A stretch of DNA of 64,000 bases. Origin: Candidatus Binatia bacterium. GTDB taxonomy: Bacteria; Desulfobacterota; Binatia; Bin18. Below, piece after piece: positions 27,975 through 37,326 of this stretch (positions are counted from its first letter, which is position 1; the number at the start of each line of letters is the position of its first letter). The notes beneath the pieces are model-generated. The model was not told where the DNA came from, made no database searches, and saw only the letters and a list, made by a program, of their open reading frames with translations. The stretch covers positions 2,074,947-2,138,946 of the forward strand of contig OZ246888.1 in the NCBI GenBank assembly GCA_965231775.1. The letters are read 5' to 3'. A program made the translations under genes and the position numbers.

Positions 27975-29057
27975 TTATCCTGCCGCGTTTTGGATAATCC
28001 TCTCGACCAGGACGTGGTGTTCCGGTGCTCCGATTGTCGGCAACGGGAGAGAGGTCCGATCTGCAATGCGTTGCTTCAGCCACTCAACACGCCGCTGCGC
28101 TTCGATCACCCGCTCCTTAGTCAAAACGCCCTGTTGGAGCGCTCGCCGGCACGCATCCCGAGCGCTGAGCGCGCGCTCCAGGCTCTGGCAGACCAATAAG
28201 AGGTCGGCTCCGGCGCCGAGCGCCTGAACTGCGGCGGCTGCCACCGAGGAATGCCGAACAATAGCGCCCATCTCCAGGTCGTCCGAGACAATGACGCCCT
28301 GGAATCCTAACCGCTTCCGCAGCAGGTCGTTCATGATGATGGAGGAGAGCGAGGCGGGCTGCTGCGGGTCAAGGGCTGGATACACAACGTGGGCGGTCAT
28401 CAGGAGCTCGATCTCCTGGGCTATAGCGGCTTGAAACGGGATGAGGTCAAGCTCCTCCAGGGTCTGCCTGTTGCGCTCGTCGTAGGGCAGGTCGTCGTGC
28501 GAGTCGATGACGGTCGCCCCGTGCCCAGGAAAGTGTTTGCCGCACGGGAGCACGCCCGCAGCGCGCAGTCCGGCGGCAAGGGCACAGCCGAACTCCGCCA
28601 CACGCTGTGGATCGGAGCCAAACGCACGGTCGCCAATCACGGTGTTGTCAGGGTTGCTATACACGTCCAGTACGGGCGCAAAGTCAATATCTATGCCCAC
28701 GCTGCGCAGCTCCTGTCCAAGGGCGAGGCCGACCTCATGGGAGAGCTGCGGAGAGCCGGTCTGGCCTATCTGAAGAGCGGGCGGGAAATGGGTGAATGGC
28801 GGTGAGAGACGGTGGACCCGCCCGCCTTCATGGTCAAGAGCAATCAGGGGCGGATGCTCGGGAGTCAAGGTATGTATATCCGCACACAGGGCTTGGAGCG
28901 TGTCCGGGTCCGTATAATTCCGCCGAAAGAGGATGATGCCGCCGGGCTGCAAGTCGGCAAGCATCCGACGTGTCTCGGCATCAAGGCTTGGATGGGGAAT
29001 ACCAACCATCAGACATTGACCAATGGCGTCTTGAAAAGACTGGTTGCTCATAACCAT
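27975..29057 (-). CDS. nagZ: Beta-N-acetylhexosaminidase (GH3).
   Basis: GH3 signature including KHFPGHG and the catalytic region. 360 aa. Confidence 0.85.
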   Translation of the reverse strand: MVMSNQSFQDAIGQCLMVGIPHPSLDAETRRMLADLQPGGIILFRRNYTDPDTLQALCADIHTLTPEHPPLIALDHEGGRVHRLSPPFTHFPPALQIGQTGSPQLSHEVGLALGQELRSVGIDIDFAPVLDVYSNPDNTVIGDRAFGSDPQRVAEFGCALAAGLRAAGVLPCGKHFPGHGATVIDSHDDLPYDERNRQTLEELDLIPFQAAIAQEIELLMTAHVVYPALDPQQPASLSSIIMNDLLRKRLGFQGVIVSDDLEMGAIVRHSSVAAAAVQALGAGADLLLVCQSLERALSARDACRRALQQGVLTKERVIEAQRRVEWLKQRIADRTSLPLPTIGAPEHHVLVERIIQNAAG

Positions 29058-29421
29058 ACACTAGCAAGAAGGCTGGTATGAGAAAAGAAAAGTCGAGGAT
29101 GCCTGGACAATCCTCGGATAAGTATGCTATCAGCACGCCCATGCTATCGCCTTGCCCCGGACGGAAGGCTGGGGAAAGAGCCGCCGGGCGACAAATCCGT
29201 CGACCCAAATAGGCTCTGGGGGGCAAAAAGATAGTTGTGGTAGACCGCTTGGATCCAATTGTTGTACGGACCGAGACGGACGGCAGAAAAGCCATATGAC
29301 AGGGAAGGGCGACAGCGGGCGGCTTTGGCAGCAGCCCGCATGATCCTCAACCCATCTTCCCTGTCCCGACGCCCTCCGGCTGTGGTTCGTGGAGAAGATG
29401 CAGACTGTAAGGAGGGACGCC

Positions 29422-30240
29422 ATGCAAACCGCAAAGATTTCGGTTCCTGAGCTGCAACGGCTGAAAGCGTCGGGGCAAAAGATCACCGCCCTGACCGCCT
29501 ACGACTACCCGTTCGCCCGTATCCTGGACGAGTGTGGTATCGACTTTCTCCTGGTTGGCGATTCTTTGGGCACGACGGTGCAGGGGGCGGACACGACTCT
29601 GCCGGTCACGATGGACGATATGGTCTACCATATCAGGCTGGTCAATCGAGCCCGCCCGCGCGCCCTGGTTGTGGGGGACATGCCGTTTTTGTCCTACCAG
29701 GCCAGCATTTGTGACGCTATTGCCAATGCCGGACGCTTACTCAAGGAAGGCGGGGCCGAGGCCGTCAAACTGGAAGGTGGGGTCAATATCGCCCGGGTCA
29801 TCAAGGCCATCGTCAATGTGGATATTCCCGTGATGGGCCATATTGGTCTGACGCCGCAGTCGGTGCATCGCATGGGCGGCTATAAGGTCCAGGGCAAGAA
29901 ATCGGGCCGCCAACCCGGCGCTCGGGAACGGCTCATCGAAGACGCCGAAGCCGTTACGAATGCCGGCGCTTTTGCCGTGGTCTTGGAAGGGGTCCCGATG
30001 GACCTGGCTGCCGAGATAACGGATATGCTGCCCATTCCCACCATTGGTATTGGTGCCGGCCCGCACTGTGATGGCCAGATTCTGGTGATGCATGACCTGC
30101 TGGGCATGTCCGGTGATTTCACGCCCAAATTCGTCAAACGCTACGCCAACCTGGAGCGTGTCGTTGCCGACGCGGTGAGCGCCTATATCATCGAGGTGCG
30201 GGAGCAGGCCTTCCCTCAGGATGAGCACTCGTTCCATTAG
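29422..30240 (+). CDS. panB: 3-methyl-2-oxobutanoate hydroxymethyltransferase.
   Basis: [30 protein letters not shown] and a C-terminal EEHSFH. The start is chosen at MQTAK (29422), preceded by AAGGAGGG. The track starts at 29389. Confidence 0.9.
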   Translation: MQTAKISVPELQRLKASGQKITALTAYDYPFARILDECGIDFLLVGDSLGTTVQGADTTLPVTMDDMVYHIRLVNRARPRALVVGDMPFLSYQASICDAIANAGRLLKEGGAEAVKLEGGVNIARVIKAIVNVDIPVMGHIGLTPQSVHRMGGYKVQGKKSGRQPGARERLIEDAEAVTNAGAFAVVLEGVPMDLAAEITDMLPIPTIGIGAGPHCDGQILVMHDLLGMSGDFTPKFVKRYANLERVVADAVSAYIIEVREQAFPQDEHSFH

Positions 30241-30271
30241 AGCGTGCCACTTACTACCCGGAAACAGAGTC

Positions 30272-31114
30272 GTGCATATTATTCAGACCGTTCGAGAGAT
30301 GCAGCGTTGGTCGGAAGACCAACGCCTGGAGCGTAAGACCGTGGCCTTTGTCCCCACCATGGGATTTCTGCACGAGGGCCATCTTAGCCTGGTGCGCGAG
30401 GCGAAGAATCGAGGCGATGCCGTTGTGGTTTCCATTTTCGTCAATCCTATGCAATTCAATCAGTCGTCCGATTTCGATAAATACCCGCGCGACGAGGGCC
30501 AGGACGAACGTGCCCTGAAAAAACTAGGCACCGATGTATTGTTCATGCCCCCGCCGGCTGAAATCTACCCCGATGGCTACCAGACCGCGGTTGAGGTCGA
30601 GCAGGTCAGCCTACCCCTATGCGGCGCCTTTCGTCCCGGCCATTTTAGGGGGGTGACCACGGTGGTGGCCAAGCTGTTCAATATGGTCAAGCCGCATTGC
30701 GCCCTGTTTGGCGAGAAGGATTTCCAGCAGTGTGTTGTCATCAAGCGTATGGTCCGAGACCTGAACTTTGACATCGATATCGTTGCTCTGCCGACGGTGC
30801 GCGAAGACGACGGCCTGGCCATGAGTTCACGCAATGCCCGGCTGAGTGCGGCTGAGCGAGAGACGAGCCTGTGCGTGTCGCGGGCGCTCGCGGCCGCCCA
30901 GGAGTTGGTCTCCGGCGGGCAAACCTCCGCGGCCGTTATTCTTCAGACCGTGCAGCAGATATTAACCCAAAACGCCGCGGTGCGGGTCGAGTACGCCTCC
31001 CTGTGCCAGCCTGACACGCTTGAAGAAGTGGAGCAGCTATCAGGCCCCACCTTGTTGGCTATCTCCGTCTGGGTCGGCGAGGTCCGGCTGATTGATAACT
31101 GCGTGTTACATTAG
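30272..31114 (+). CDS. panC: Pantoate--beta-alanine ligase. The start is uncertain (GTG at 30272, or upstream at 30221 overlapping panB).
   Basis: VAFVPTMGFLHEGHLSLV is the HIGH-like motif, and MSSRN is also present. Confidence 0.85.
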   Translation: MHIIQTVREMQRWSEDQRLERKTVAFVPTMGFLHEGHLSLVREAKNRGDAVVVSIFVNPMQFNQSSDFDKYPRDEGQDERALKKLGTDVLFMPPPAEIYPDGYQTAVEVEQVSLPLCGAFRPGHFRGVTTVVAKLFNMVKPHCALFGEKDFQQCVVIKRMVRDLNFDIDIVALPTVREDDGLAMSSRNARLSAAERETSLCVSRALAAAQELVSGGQTSAAVILQTVQQILTQNAAVRVEYASLCQPDTLEEVEQLSGPTLLAISVWVGEVRLIDNCVLH

Positions 31115-31129
31115 TCACAGCGTGCACGT

Positions 31130-31600
31130 ATGGCCAAAGAGAAATCAGCCGAGAGAGCGATCTGCGTCAATCGTAAAGCGCGGCACGACTATATCATTAG
31201 CGAAACCCTCGAAGCCGGGATTGTGCTGAACGGCGGAGAAGTCAAATCGCTCCGGGACGGTCGGGCCAACCTCAAAGACAGCTATGGCCGGATCGACAGG
31301 GGCGAGGCGTTTTTATTGAACGTGCATATCAGCGACTACAAACCGGCCCATTATTTCAACGGTGACCCCAACCGCAAGCGTAAGCTCCTGCTGCACAAAA
31401 AAGAAATCATGCGGCTAATGGGTAAAACAAAGGAGCAGGGACTGACCCTGGTTCCGCTGCGGCTGTACTTTAAGCAAGGCCGGGTCAAGGTTGAGTTGGC
31501 TTTGGCTAAGGGCAAACGGACGTATGACAAGCGGGCTGCCATTCGCGAACGCGAGATGAAGCGCGATGTTGAGCGTGCCATGCATAGACGAACGGGCTAA
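31130..31600 (+). CDS. smpB: SsrA-binding protein.
   Basis: RKARHDYIISETLEAGIVLNGGEVKSLRDGRANLKDSY is strongly conserved SmpB sequence. Confidence 0.9.
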   Translation: MAKEKSAERAICVNRKARHDYIISETLEAGIVLNGGEVKSLRDGRANLKDSYGRIDRGEAFLLNVHISDYKPAHYFNGDPNRKRKLLLHKKEIMRLMGKTKEQGLTLVPLRLYFKQGRVKVELALAKGKRTYDKRAAIREREMKRDVERAMHRRTG

Positions 31601-31654
31601 GGGGGTATACTCTCCCCACTCTTCCCTTCTGCGGGGACGAAATAATTCTGCTAA

Positions 31655-32006
31655 GGGGGCGATCTGGTTTCGACGTGGGCTAGAAAGCCAGGGCTGCATG
31701 CCGGGGTTCTGTCCCGCCCGTAAAACGGACAGGCTGCAATTTAACTGCAGACGATTTTGATTACGCTCTTGCTGCCTAGAGCAGCTTGCGTCTTACTGAC
31801 CCGCGCCCGTAGGGTTGGCTAAGGCGACACAAATCGGGATAGGGCTCGCATCGTGCCGAAGGGTGCGCGCCCGAAACTTTACTTTGGCTGGTCTGAGGGC
31901 ATCCTGCTCGTAGGAGGCCCGAGGATGAGATCAAACTACGAGCTACGCATTGTAGATGCCTTGAGTGGACTACTCTCGGACGCGGGTTCGATTCCCGCCG
32001 CCTCCA
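31655..32006 (+). ncRNA. ssrA: Transfer-messenger RNA (tmRNA). Tag reading frame about 31747-31779, giving tag peptide ADDFDYALAA.
   Basis: 5' GGGGGCGATCTGGTTTCGACGTGGG matches the tmRNA 5' acceptor/TLD, with an internal GGCTGCATGCCGGGG. The tag ORF gca gac gat ttt gat tac gct ctt gct gcc tag ends in the typical YALAA. The 3' end is TCGGACGCGGGTTCGATTCCCGCCGCCTCCA (T-arm plus acceptor); CCA is not encoded. Lies immediately downstream of smpB. A possible -10 (ATAATT) is at 31642-31647. Confidence 0.85.
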
Positions 32007-32041
32007 TTTTCTTTCTCCCTAAGAACCCGCAGGGGGTTCGT

Positions 32042-33058
32042 ATGCTTGACTCAATCAAATTTCAGAATTTCAAGATATTACGAAAGGCAACACTTCCGCT
32101 TGCGCCTTTTACCTTAATCGTCGGACCTAACGGGAGTGGGAAGAGTACGGCCTTACAAGCCCTCCAGGCGGTAAACCACACTAGTCACGTAAAATTTCAA
32201 GAGTATGTTACCGCTGGTCTGGAAACCATAGACAATACGGTCGTAAAGATTACACTCCAATGGAGCGAGCTATATGAAAAAGTGGTAACTACCGCGCCTT
32301 GGGCCCGTACCGGCAGCTATCTTCTCCATCATGCTCGACCATCTACAGGTCAAGAGCTACCTCCAGCTTCTGGACATCTGTTAAATTCCCTACTGTCTGG
32401 AATCCGAGTTTATGCGTTAGATGCTTCGGCCATAATTCAGCCCGTCCATCTTGAACCTGCTGTTGAACTTTCCCCAAACGGCCATCGCCTTGCAGGTGTG
32501 ATGGATCGTCTCAGAGATAAAGAGCCCGAGCGATTTGAGGCGTTGAATGATGAGATCGGACGGTGGCTGCCGGAATTCGATCGTATCCTTTTTGAAACGC
32601 CCAAAACCGGACACCGAGCTTTCTTATTACGCACCCGGAAAGGCCATCATAAGATACCAGCTAGAGACCTGTCCCAGGGAACAGTGTTGGCCCTGGCTAT
32701 TCTCACCCTGGTGTACCTTCCTGATCCGCCTCCCCTAATCGGGATAGAGGAACCGGAACGAGGAGTTCATCCTCGCCTTTTACGGAACATCCAGACGGCG
32801 CTCTATCGGTTAAGCTACCCAGAGCAGTTCGGCGAAGAGCGTCAGCCAGTTCAGGTGATTGCAACGACGCATTCTCCGTATTTTCTGGACCTCTATAAAG
32901 ATCATCCTGAAGAAATTGTCATTGCTCAAAAGACTGACGATGGAGCTACATTCGAGCGGTTGTCTGACCAGCCTGACATTATGGAAGTGCTGGACGATGC
33001 TCCCTTGGGCGAGGTCTGGTATAGCGGCATTCTTGGTGGCGTGCCGGCCGAGCAATGA
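32042..33058 (+). CDS. ABC-type/AAA (AAA_21-like) ATPase, lower GC, the first gene of an island at the tmRNA 3' end.
   Basis: Walker A GPNGSGKST, a signature-like LSQGT, Walker B LIGIEEPE and H-loop ATTHSP. AGGGGGT lies 6 nt before the ATG at 32042. The track ORF starts at 31853 inside the tmRNA, which is an artifact. Confidence 0.75.
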   Translation: MLDSIKFQNFKILRKATLPLAPFTLIVGPNGSGKSTALQALQAVNHTSHVKFQEYVTAGLETIDNTVVKITLQWSELYEKVVTTAPWARTGSYLLHHARPSTGQELPPASGHLLNSLLSGIRVYALDASAIIQPVHLEPAVELSPNGHRLAGVMDRLRDKEPERFEALNDEIGRWLPEFDRILFETPKTGHRAFLLRTRKGHHKIPARDLSQGTVLALAILTLVYLPDPPPLIGIEEPERGVHPRLLRNIQTALYRLSYPEQFGEERQPVQVIATTHSPYFLDLYKDHPEEIVIAQKTDDGATFERLSDQPDIMEVLDDAPLGEVWYSGILGGVPAEQ

Positions 33059-33687
33059 AGGTAGCGGTCCTCAGCGAATCGCCAGCGGACGAAGCGGCAA
33101 TTCGTATTCTCATTGACGGCATTATCGGCAGGCAAACTCAACCGGTTGATATGCCTCTAATCCGAACACGCGGCGTCTCCGGCGTCTTCACAATTCTTCC
33201 AACTGTACTCAAGCATTTGCACTACCGAACAGATGCAGATGCTCTCGTTATAGTGGTGGATTCCGACCAGACACCGGTGCATAAGACAGAGCATGAGCAA
33301 GCTGGCGGTGTCGATGAGAGGTGCAGACTTTGCAAAATACGTCGGACCATTGATTCTGTTCTTGCCCGACTTCGACCTGCTCAGGGACGCCCTCAGATTA
33401 AGGTTGCAGTCGGTATAGCCGTTCCAGCGGTAGAAGCCTGGTATCGATGTGGTCTCGACCCGCACGTCACTGAAGCCGCTTGGATAGTAAGTCTGCCGTC
33501 AGGTCCTTTCCCCTATACCATGAGAAGCCTGAAAGAAGATGTGTACGAAACGTCGCGTCCTTCGCTGGACCTGGAAACCCGTCATGCAACAGAAGAAGCG
33601 CGACGGCTCACTCAGGATTTGCCGCTTCTCGAACAATGCTTTCCTACTGGATTCGGTGCCCTGGCTCGTGACGTAAGGAATTGGTAG
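33055..33687 (+). CDS. Small Toprim-like protein (E...DxD) coupled to the ATPase. Candidate OLD/PARIS-like nuclease partner.
   Basis: Start overlaps the ATPase stop (ATGA). N-terminal MKVAVLSESPADE and ALVIVVDSDQ fit a Toprim Glu plus DxD. 210 aa. Confidence 0.5.
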   Translation: MKVAVLSESPADEAAIRILIDGIIGRQTQPVDMPLIRTRGVSGVFTILPTVLKHLHYRTDADALVIVVDSDQTPVHKTEHEQAGGVDERCRLCKIRRTIDSVLARLRPAQGRPQIKVAVGIAVPAVEAWYRCGLDPHVTEAAWIVSLPSGPFPYTMRSLKEDVYETSRPSLDLETRHATEEARRLTQDLPLLEQCFPTGFGALARDVRNW

Positions 33688-33741
33688 CGGCTGAGAGGCT
33701 GCCGTCGCCCGGACAGGGCGCAGTCTGTCACACCGAGCGCC

Positions 33742-36700
33742 TCACCCCGCACCAGCCTGCTCATACGCAAGCCCGAACACCGTATCGGTCAGCCAGCGCT
33801 TGAAGCTCTGGTTGTCCATGAACTGCTTGAACAGCTCGGTGTCGTCCTTCATCACCGAGGTCATCACCCGGAGCAGCGCCTTGTCGTGTTCGATACGGGC
33901 GTTCTCCCGGTCCGAGTTCTGCTGAGCGTTCTTGAAGGCCGTGTCCTCGGCCACCCTGGCAGGAATGGTCTGGGTAATGAGCTGCCGCACACGGTCGGCA
34001 TCGTCCCAGTCGATATCGCCGAAGAGATCGTTGAAGGCCCGCAGGATATTCGACAGCCGGTCCAACTCCGGCTCGGGCAGGTGGCCGCCGCCTATGGTCG
34101 GCACAGGTTCGATCTCGGCATCCTCGTCGGGTAGCATGATTTTCTGTATGGCCTGCTTCTCGGCCCGATAGCTGTCCATGTCGATGGCGTCGAGAATGCC
34201 CTTGGACAGGTCCTCCTCTTGGGGGGAGGGTAGCTTGGAGACCAGGAAATTCAGGAATATCGAGCGTTTCTCCCAGTCCGCGTTGGTATAGGGCAGGACC
34301 GACGACAGGAAGCCGTAGGTCCGCACAAAGCCCTTGGCCTTGCCCTTGAAGTCCACCTGGCCGTCTTCGTCCAAATCGCCCAGATAGACTGCCACGCAGG
34401 CATCGAGGATGGGGTCGAGCTGGTCACGTTCGGCTCCGCTAAGATAACGTGACACAAAGGCGTCGATCTGCTCGGAAGAATAGACCTGAGCGCCGTCAAG
34501 ATCAGCCTGCAAATCGTGCAGCTTGTTGGGGTCGGTCTCATCGGCCAGAATCGTCGCCCGATAGAAGCCGGCAAAGGACTCACAGATAATTGCGGTCTTG
34601 TTCAGAAAATCCAGCACGAAGACATCGTGCTTCTTGGGATGCGCCCGGTTGAGGCGCGACAGGGTCTGCACCGCCTTAACGCCCGCGAGCGTCTTGTCCA
34701 CATACATCGTGTGCAGCAGGGGCTCGTCATAGCCGGTCTGGAACTTGTCCGCACAGATCAGGAAACGGTAGGGGTCCTCTTGTATCTTCTCGGCGATCTT
34801 GCCGGACGGAAAACCGTTGAGCGACGCCTCGCTGACCTTGACTCCGCCGAACTCGGGCTCACCGGAGAACGCCACTATGGCCTGGTAACGGCTCTTGCGT
34901 TCTTTCAGGTAGTCGCGGATGGCGTGAAAGTACTGGATAGCGCGCTCAATACCGTTGGTGACGACCATGGCCCGTGCCTGGCCGCCGATCTTGTTCTGGG
35001 CCAGCACCTGCTCGTGAAAATGATCGACCATGATCTCGGCCTTGAGACGAATGGCATGGTCATGGCCCTCGACAAAGCGCCGCAGCTTCTTCTGGGCTTT
35101 CTTCGTATCGAACTGCGGGTCGTCTTCTACCGTCTTGGCCAGCTTGTAATAGCTGCTCACCGGCGTGTAGTGGGCCAGCACGTCCAGGATAAAGCCCTCC
35201 TGGATGGCCTGCTTCATGGTGTAGGTGTGAAAGGCGTGATGCTTGACCGTGCCGTCGGCCTGCGGGTCCGGGTTGCCGAAGATTTCCAGGGTCTTGTTCT
35301 TGGGCGTGGCCGTAAAGGCGAAGTAGCTGGCGTTGGGGAGCAGCTTGCGCGACTCCATCAAACGGTTGATCTGGTCCTCATAGGTCTCCTCTTCGCCCTC
35401 CTCACCGGCCCGGGACAGCGCCTGCGCCATGGCCGCGCTGGTGCGGCCGCCCTGGCTGGAGTGGGCCTCGTCGATGATAATGGCGAAGCGCCGCCCGCGC
35501 TGCTCGTCGCCGATCTCGTCGAGGATGAAGGGAAACTTCTGCACGGTCGAGATGATGATCTTCTTGCCGGACTCGATGAAGCGGCGCAGGTCGCCCGAAC
35601 GCTCGGCATGCCCGAGTGTCGCGCCGACCTGGGCGTACTGTTTGATGGTATCGCGAATCTGCTTGTCGAGAATCCGCCGGTCGGTGACCACGATGATCGA
35701 GTCGAAGACCGGGCTATCGTCTTTTGCCAGCCCGATCAGTTGATGCGCCAGCCAGGCAATGGAGTTGCTCTTGCCGCTGCCCGCCGAGTGCTGGATTAAA
35801 TAGCGCCGGCCCACGCCACGCGTCCCGGCGTCGGCTAGCAGCCGGCGCACCACGTCGAGCTGGTGGTAGCGCGGCCAGACCTGGGTCTTTTTCTTCCTGC
35901 CCGTCTTCTCGTCCCTGGACTCTACCACTTGGGCATAATTCTCCAGAATGTTGGTCAGGCTCTGGCGGGTCAGCACCTCACGCCACAGGTAGTCGGTCTT
36001 GAGCCCGTTCGGGTTGGGTGGGTTGCCCGCGCCGTCGTTCCAGCCCCGGTTGAAGGGTAGAAACCACGAGGACTTGCCCTGGGGGTGGGTGCAGAAGCGC
36101 GCTGCGCTCTCGTCCACGGCGAAGTGGGCCACGCAGCGCCCGAGTGCAAACAGCTTCTCGCGCGGGTTGCGGTCTTTTTTGTACTGCCAGACCGCGTCGT
36201 CCACGGTCTGCTTGGTCAGGCTGTTCTTGAGTTCAAAGGTAAAGACCGGCAGGCCGTTGATGAACAGCCCGATATCCAGCGCCCGCTGGGTTTCGTCGCG
36301 GCTGTAGCGTAGCTGGCGGGTAACGGTGAAGCGGTTCTGCTCGAAGCGTTCCTTCGCCTTCTGGTTGCCGGCTGAAGGCGTGCCGTAGAACAGGGCCAGG
36401 TGGTGCGACCCGTGGTCGAGGCCGTGGCGCAGCACGTCGATGCTGCCGCGCTTGGCAATCTCGCCCTGGAGCCGGGCCAGGAATTTACGCCGTGTGGGGC
36501 CGTCCTCGGACAGCCCCAGCGATGCCGCGGCCTTGGGTTGGGTGGCACGCAGGAAGGCCGAGAGCTGGACCAGATCGACGCAGTATTCCCGGTCGTAGTC
36601 GTGGAAGTTGCCGCCGCTCCAGCCCACACCGCCGTAGCCGGCGGGTGGTTCGGCCACTGTGCCCGTGGCGGGCGGCTCGCAGGGATGGCCGGCCAGCGCG

Positions 36701-36747
36701 GTGCAGATGAGGCGTTCGAGACCGCGTTCGGAGGTGTCGGTGGGCAT
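33742..36747 (-). CDS. hsdR: Type I restriction enzyme R subunit.
   Basis: 1001 aa with SF2 helicase motifs (QHSAGSGKSNSIAW, IIIDEAHSSQG) and N-terminal nuclease-domain similarity. Confidence 0.9.
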   Translation of the reverse strand: MPTDTSERGLERLICTALAGHPCEPPATGTVAEPPAGYGGVGWSGGNFHDYDREYCVDLVQLSAFLRATQPKAAASLGLSEDGPTRRKFLARLQGEIAKRGSIDVLRHGLDHGSHHLALFYGTPSAGNQKAKERFEQNRFTVTRQLRYSRDETQRALDIGLFINGLPVFTFELKNSLTKQTVDDAVWQYKKDRNPREKLFALGRCVAHFAVDESAARFCTHPQGKSSWFLPFNRGWNDGAGNPPNPNGLKTDYLWREVLTRQSLTNILENYAQVVESRDEKTGRKKKTQVWPRYHQLDVVRRLLADAGTRGVGRRYLIQHSAGSGKSNSIAWLAHQLIGLAKDDSPVFDSIIVVTDRRILDKQIRDTIKQYAQVGATLGHAERSGDLRRFIESGKKIIISTVQKFPFILDEIGDEQRGRRFAIIIDEAHSSQGGRTSAAMAQALSRAGEEGEEETYEDQINRLMESRKLLPNASYFAFTATPKNKTLEIFGNPDPQADGTVKHHAFHTYTMKQAIQEGFILDVLAHYTPVSSYYKLAKTVEDDPQFDTKKAQKKLRRFVEGHDHAIRLKAEIMVDHFHEQVLAQNKIGGQARAMVVTNGIERAIQYFHAIRDYLKERKSRYQAIVAFSGEPEFGGVKVSEASLNGFPSGKIAEKIQEDPYRFLICADKFQTGYDEPLLHTMYVDKTLAGVKAVQTLSRLNRAHPKKHDVFVLDFLNKTAIICESFAGFYRATILADETDPNKLHDLQADLDGAQVYSSEQIDAFVSRYLSGAERDQLDPILDACVAVYLGDLDEDGQVDFKGKAKGFVRTYGFLSSVLPYTNADWEKRSIFLNFLVSKLPSPQEEDLSKGILDAIDMDSYRAEKQAIQKIMLPDEDAEIEPVPTIGGGHLPEPELDRLSNILRAFNDLFGDIDWDDADRVRQLITQTIPARVAEDTAFKNAQQNSDRENARIEHDKALLRVMTSVMKDDTELFKQFMDNQSFKRWLTDTVFGLAYEQAGAG

Positions 36748-36799
36748 GTCTGTTATTCTGATGTGACTATAAAGGAGGAGAGTATTTCACTCTTACGTG

Positions 36800-37321
36800 T
36801 CATCTCGGTGGGCTCCAATGCAACTGGACGCCAAGCCGGCGTAGCATTTCAAAAGGACTGATACATTCCACATCAAAGGCGCGGCAAACGTTGGGTAGTG
36901 GGACTCGTCTGCGCACGTTCGGGTCGAATTGCTCCAGGGTGACCACGACACACCCTGTCTGCTTGGCATAGGCCGCAAGCCAGCCGTCGGCGACGTCTTG
37001 AAATTCTGTCTTAGCGGTGTCCTGGAACTGGGGCTGAGCCATCACCCATATCAACATTTGCTGGTACTCCGACGTAATAGCCGCTGTCGAAGTATCTACA
37101 AACGCGTTGGCACCGAATCGCTGTTCTGCCCAGTCCCAAAGGTCATCTCCTCCGCGTTTCAGTTCCTCCTGAACTCTGTCGATACTGTAGAGCCTTCCTT
37201 CCCGGTTGTAGTAGATAAGCACATGCCAATAGCCTGGACAGAAATCGAAGTCATAGAATCGCCGCTTCGCTTGAATAAAGACGTTGGCATCCAGCACATA
37301 TCTCTCATCTGCCTCGCTCAT
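36800..37321 (-). CDS. DUF4411 (PIN-like) family protein.
   Basis: N-terminal YVLDANVFIQAKRRFYDFDFCPGYW. 173 aa. Lies directly downstream of an ImmA/IrrE gene. Confidence 0.7.
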   Translation of the reverse strand: MSEADERYVLDANVFIQAKRRFYDFDFCPGYWHVLIYYNREGRLYSIDRVQEELKRGGDDLWDWAEQRFGANAFVDTSTAAITSEYQQMLIWVMAQPQFQDTAKTEFQDVADGWLAAYAKQTGCVVVTLEQFDPNVRRRVPLPNVCRAFDVECISPFEMLRRLGVQLHWSPPR

Positions 37322-37326
37322 TACGG

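Noticed and set aside
31853-32041. The track ORF 31853..33058 begins inside the tmRNA gene (MPKGARPKLYFGW...).
   Set aside because: The first 63 codons are the tmRNA sequence read as protein. The real ATPase start is the ATG at 32042, which has a good RBS and where the Walker A follows immediately.
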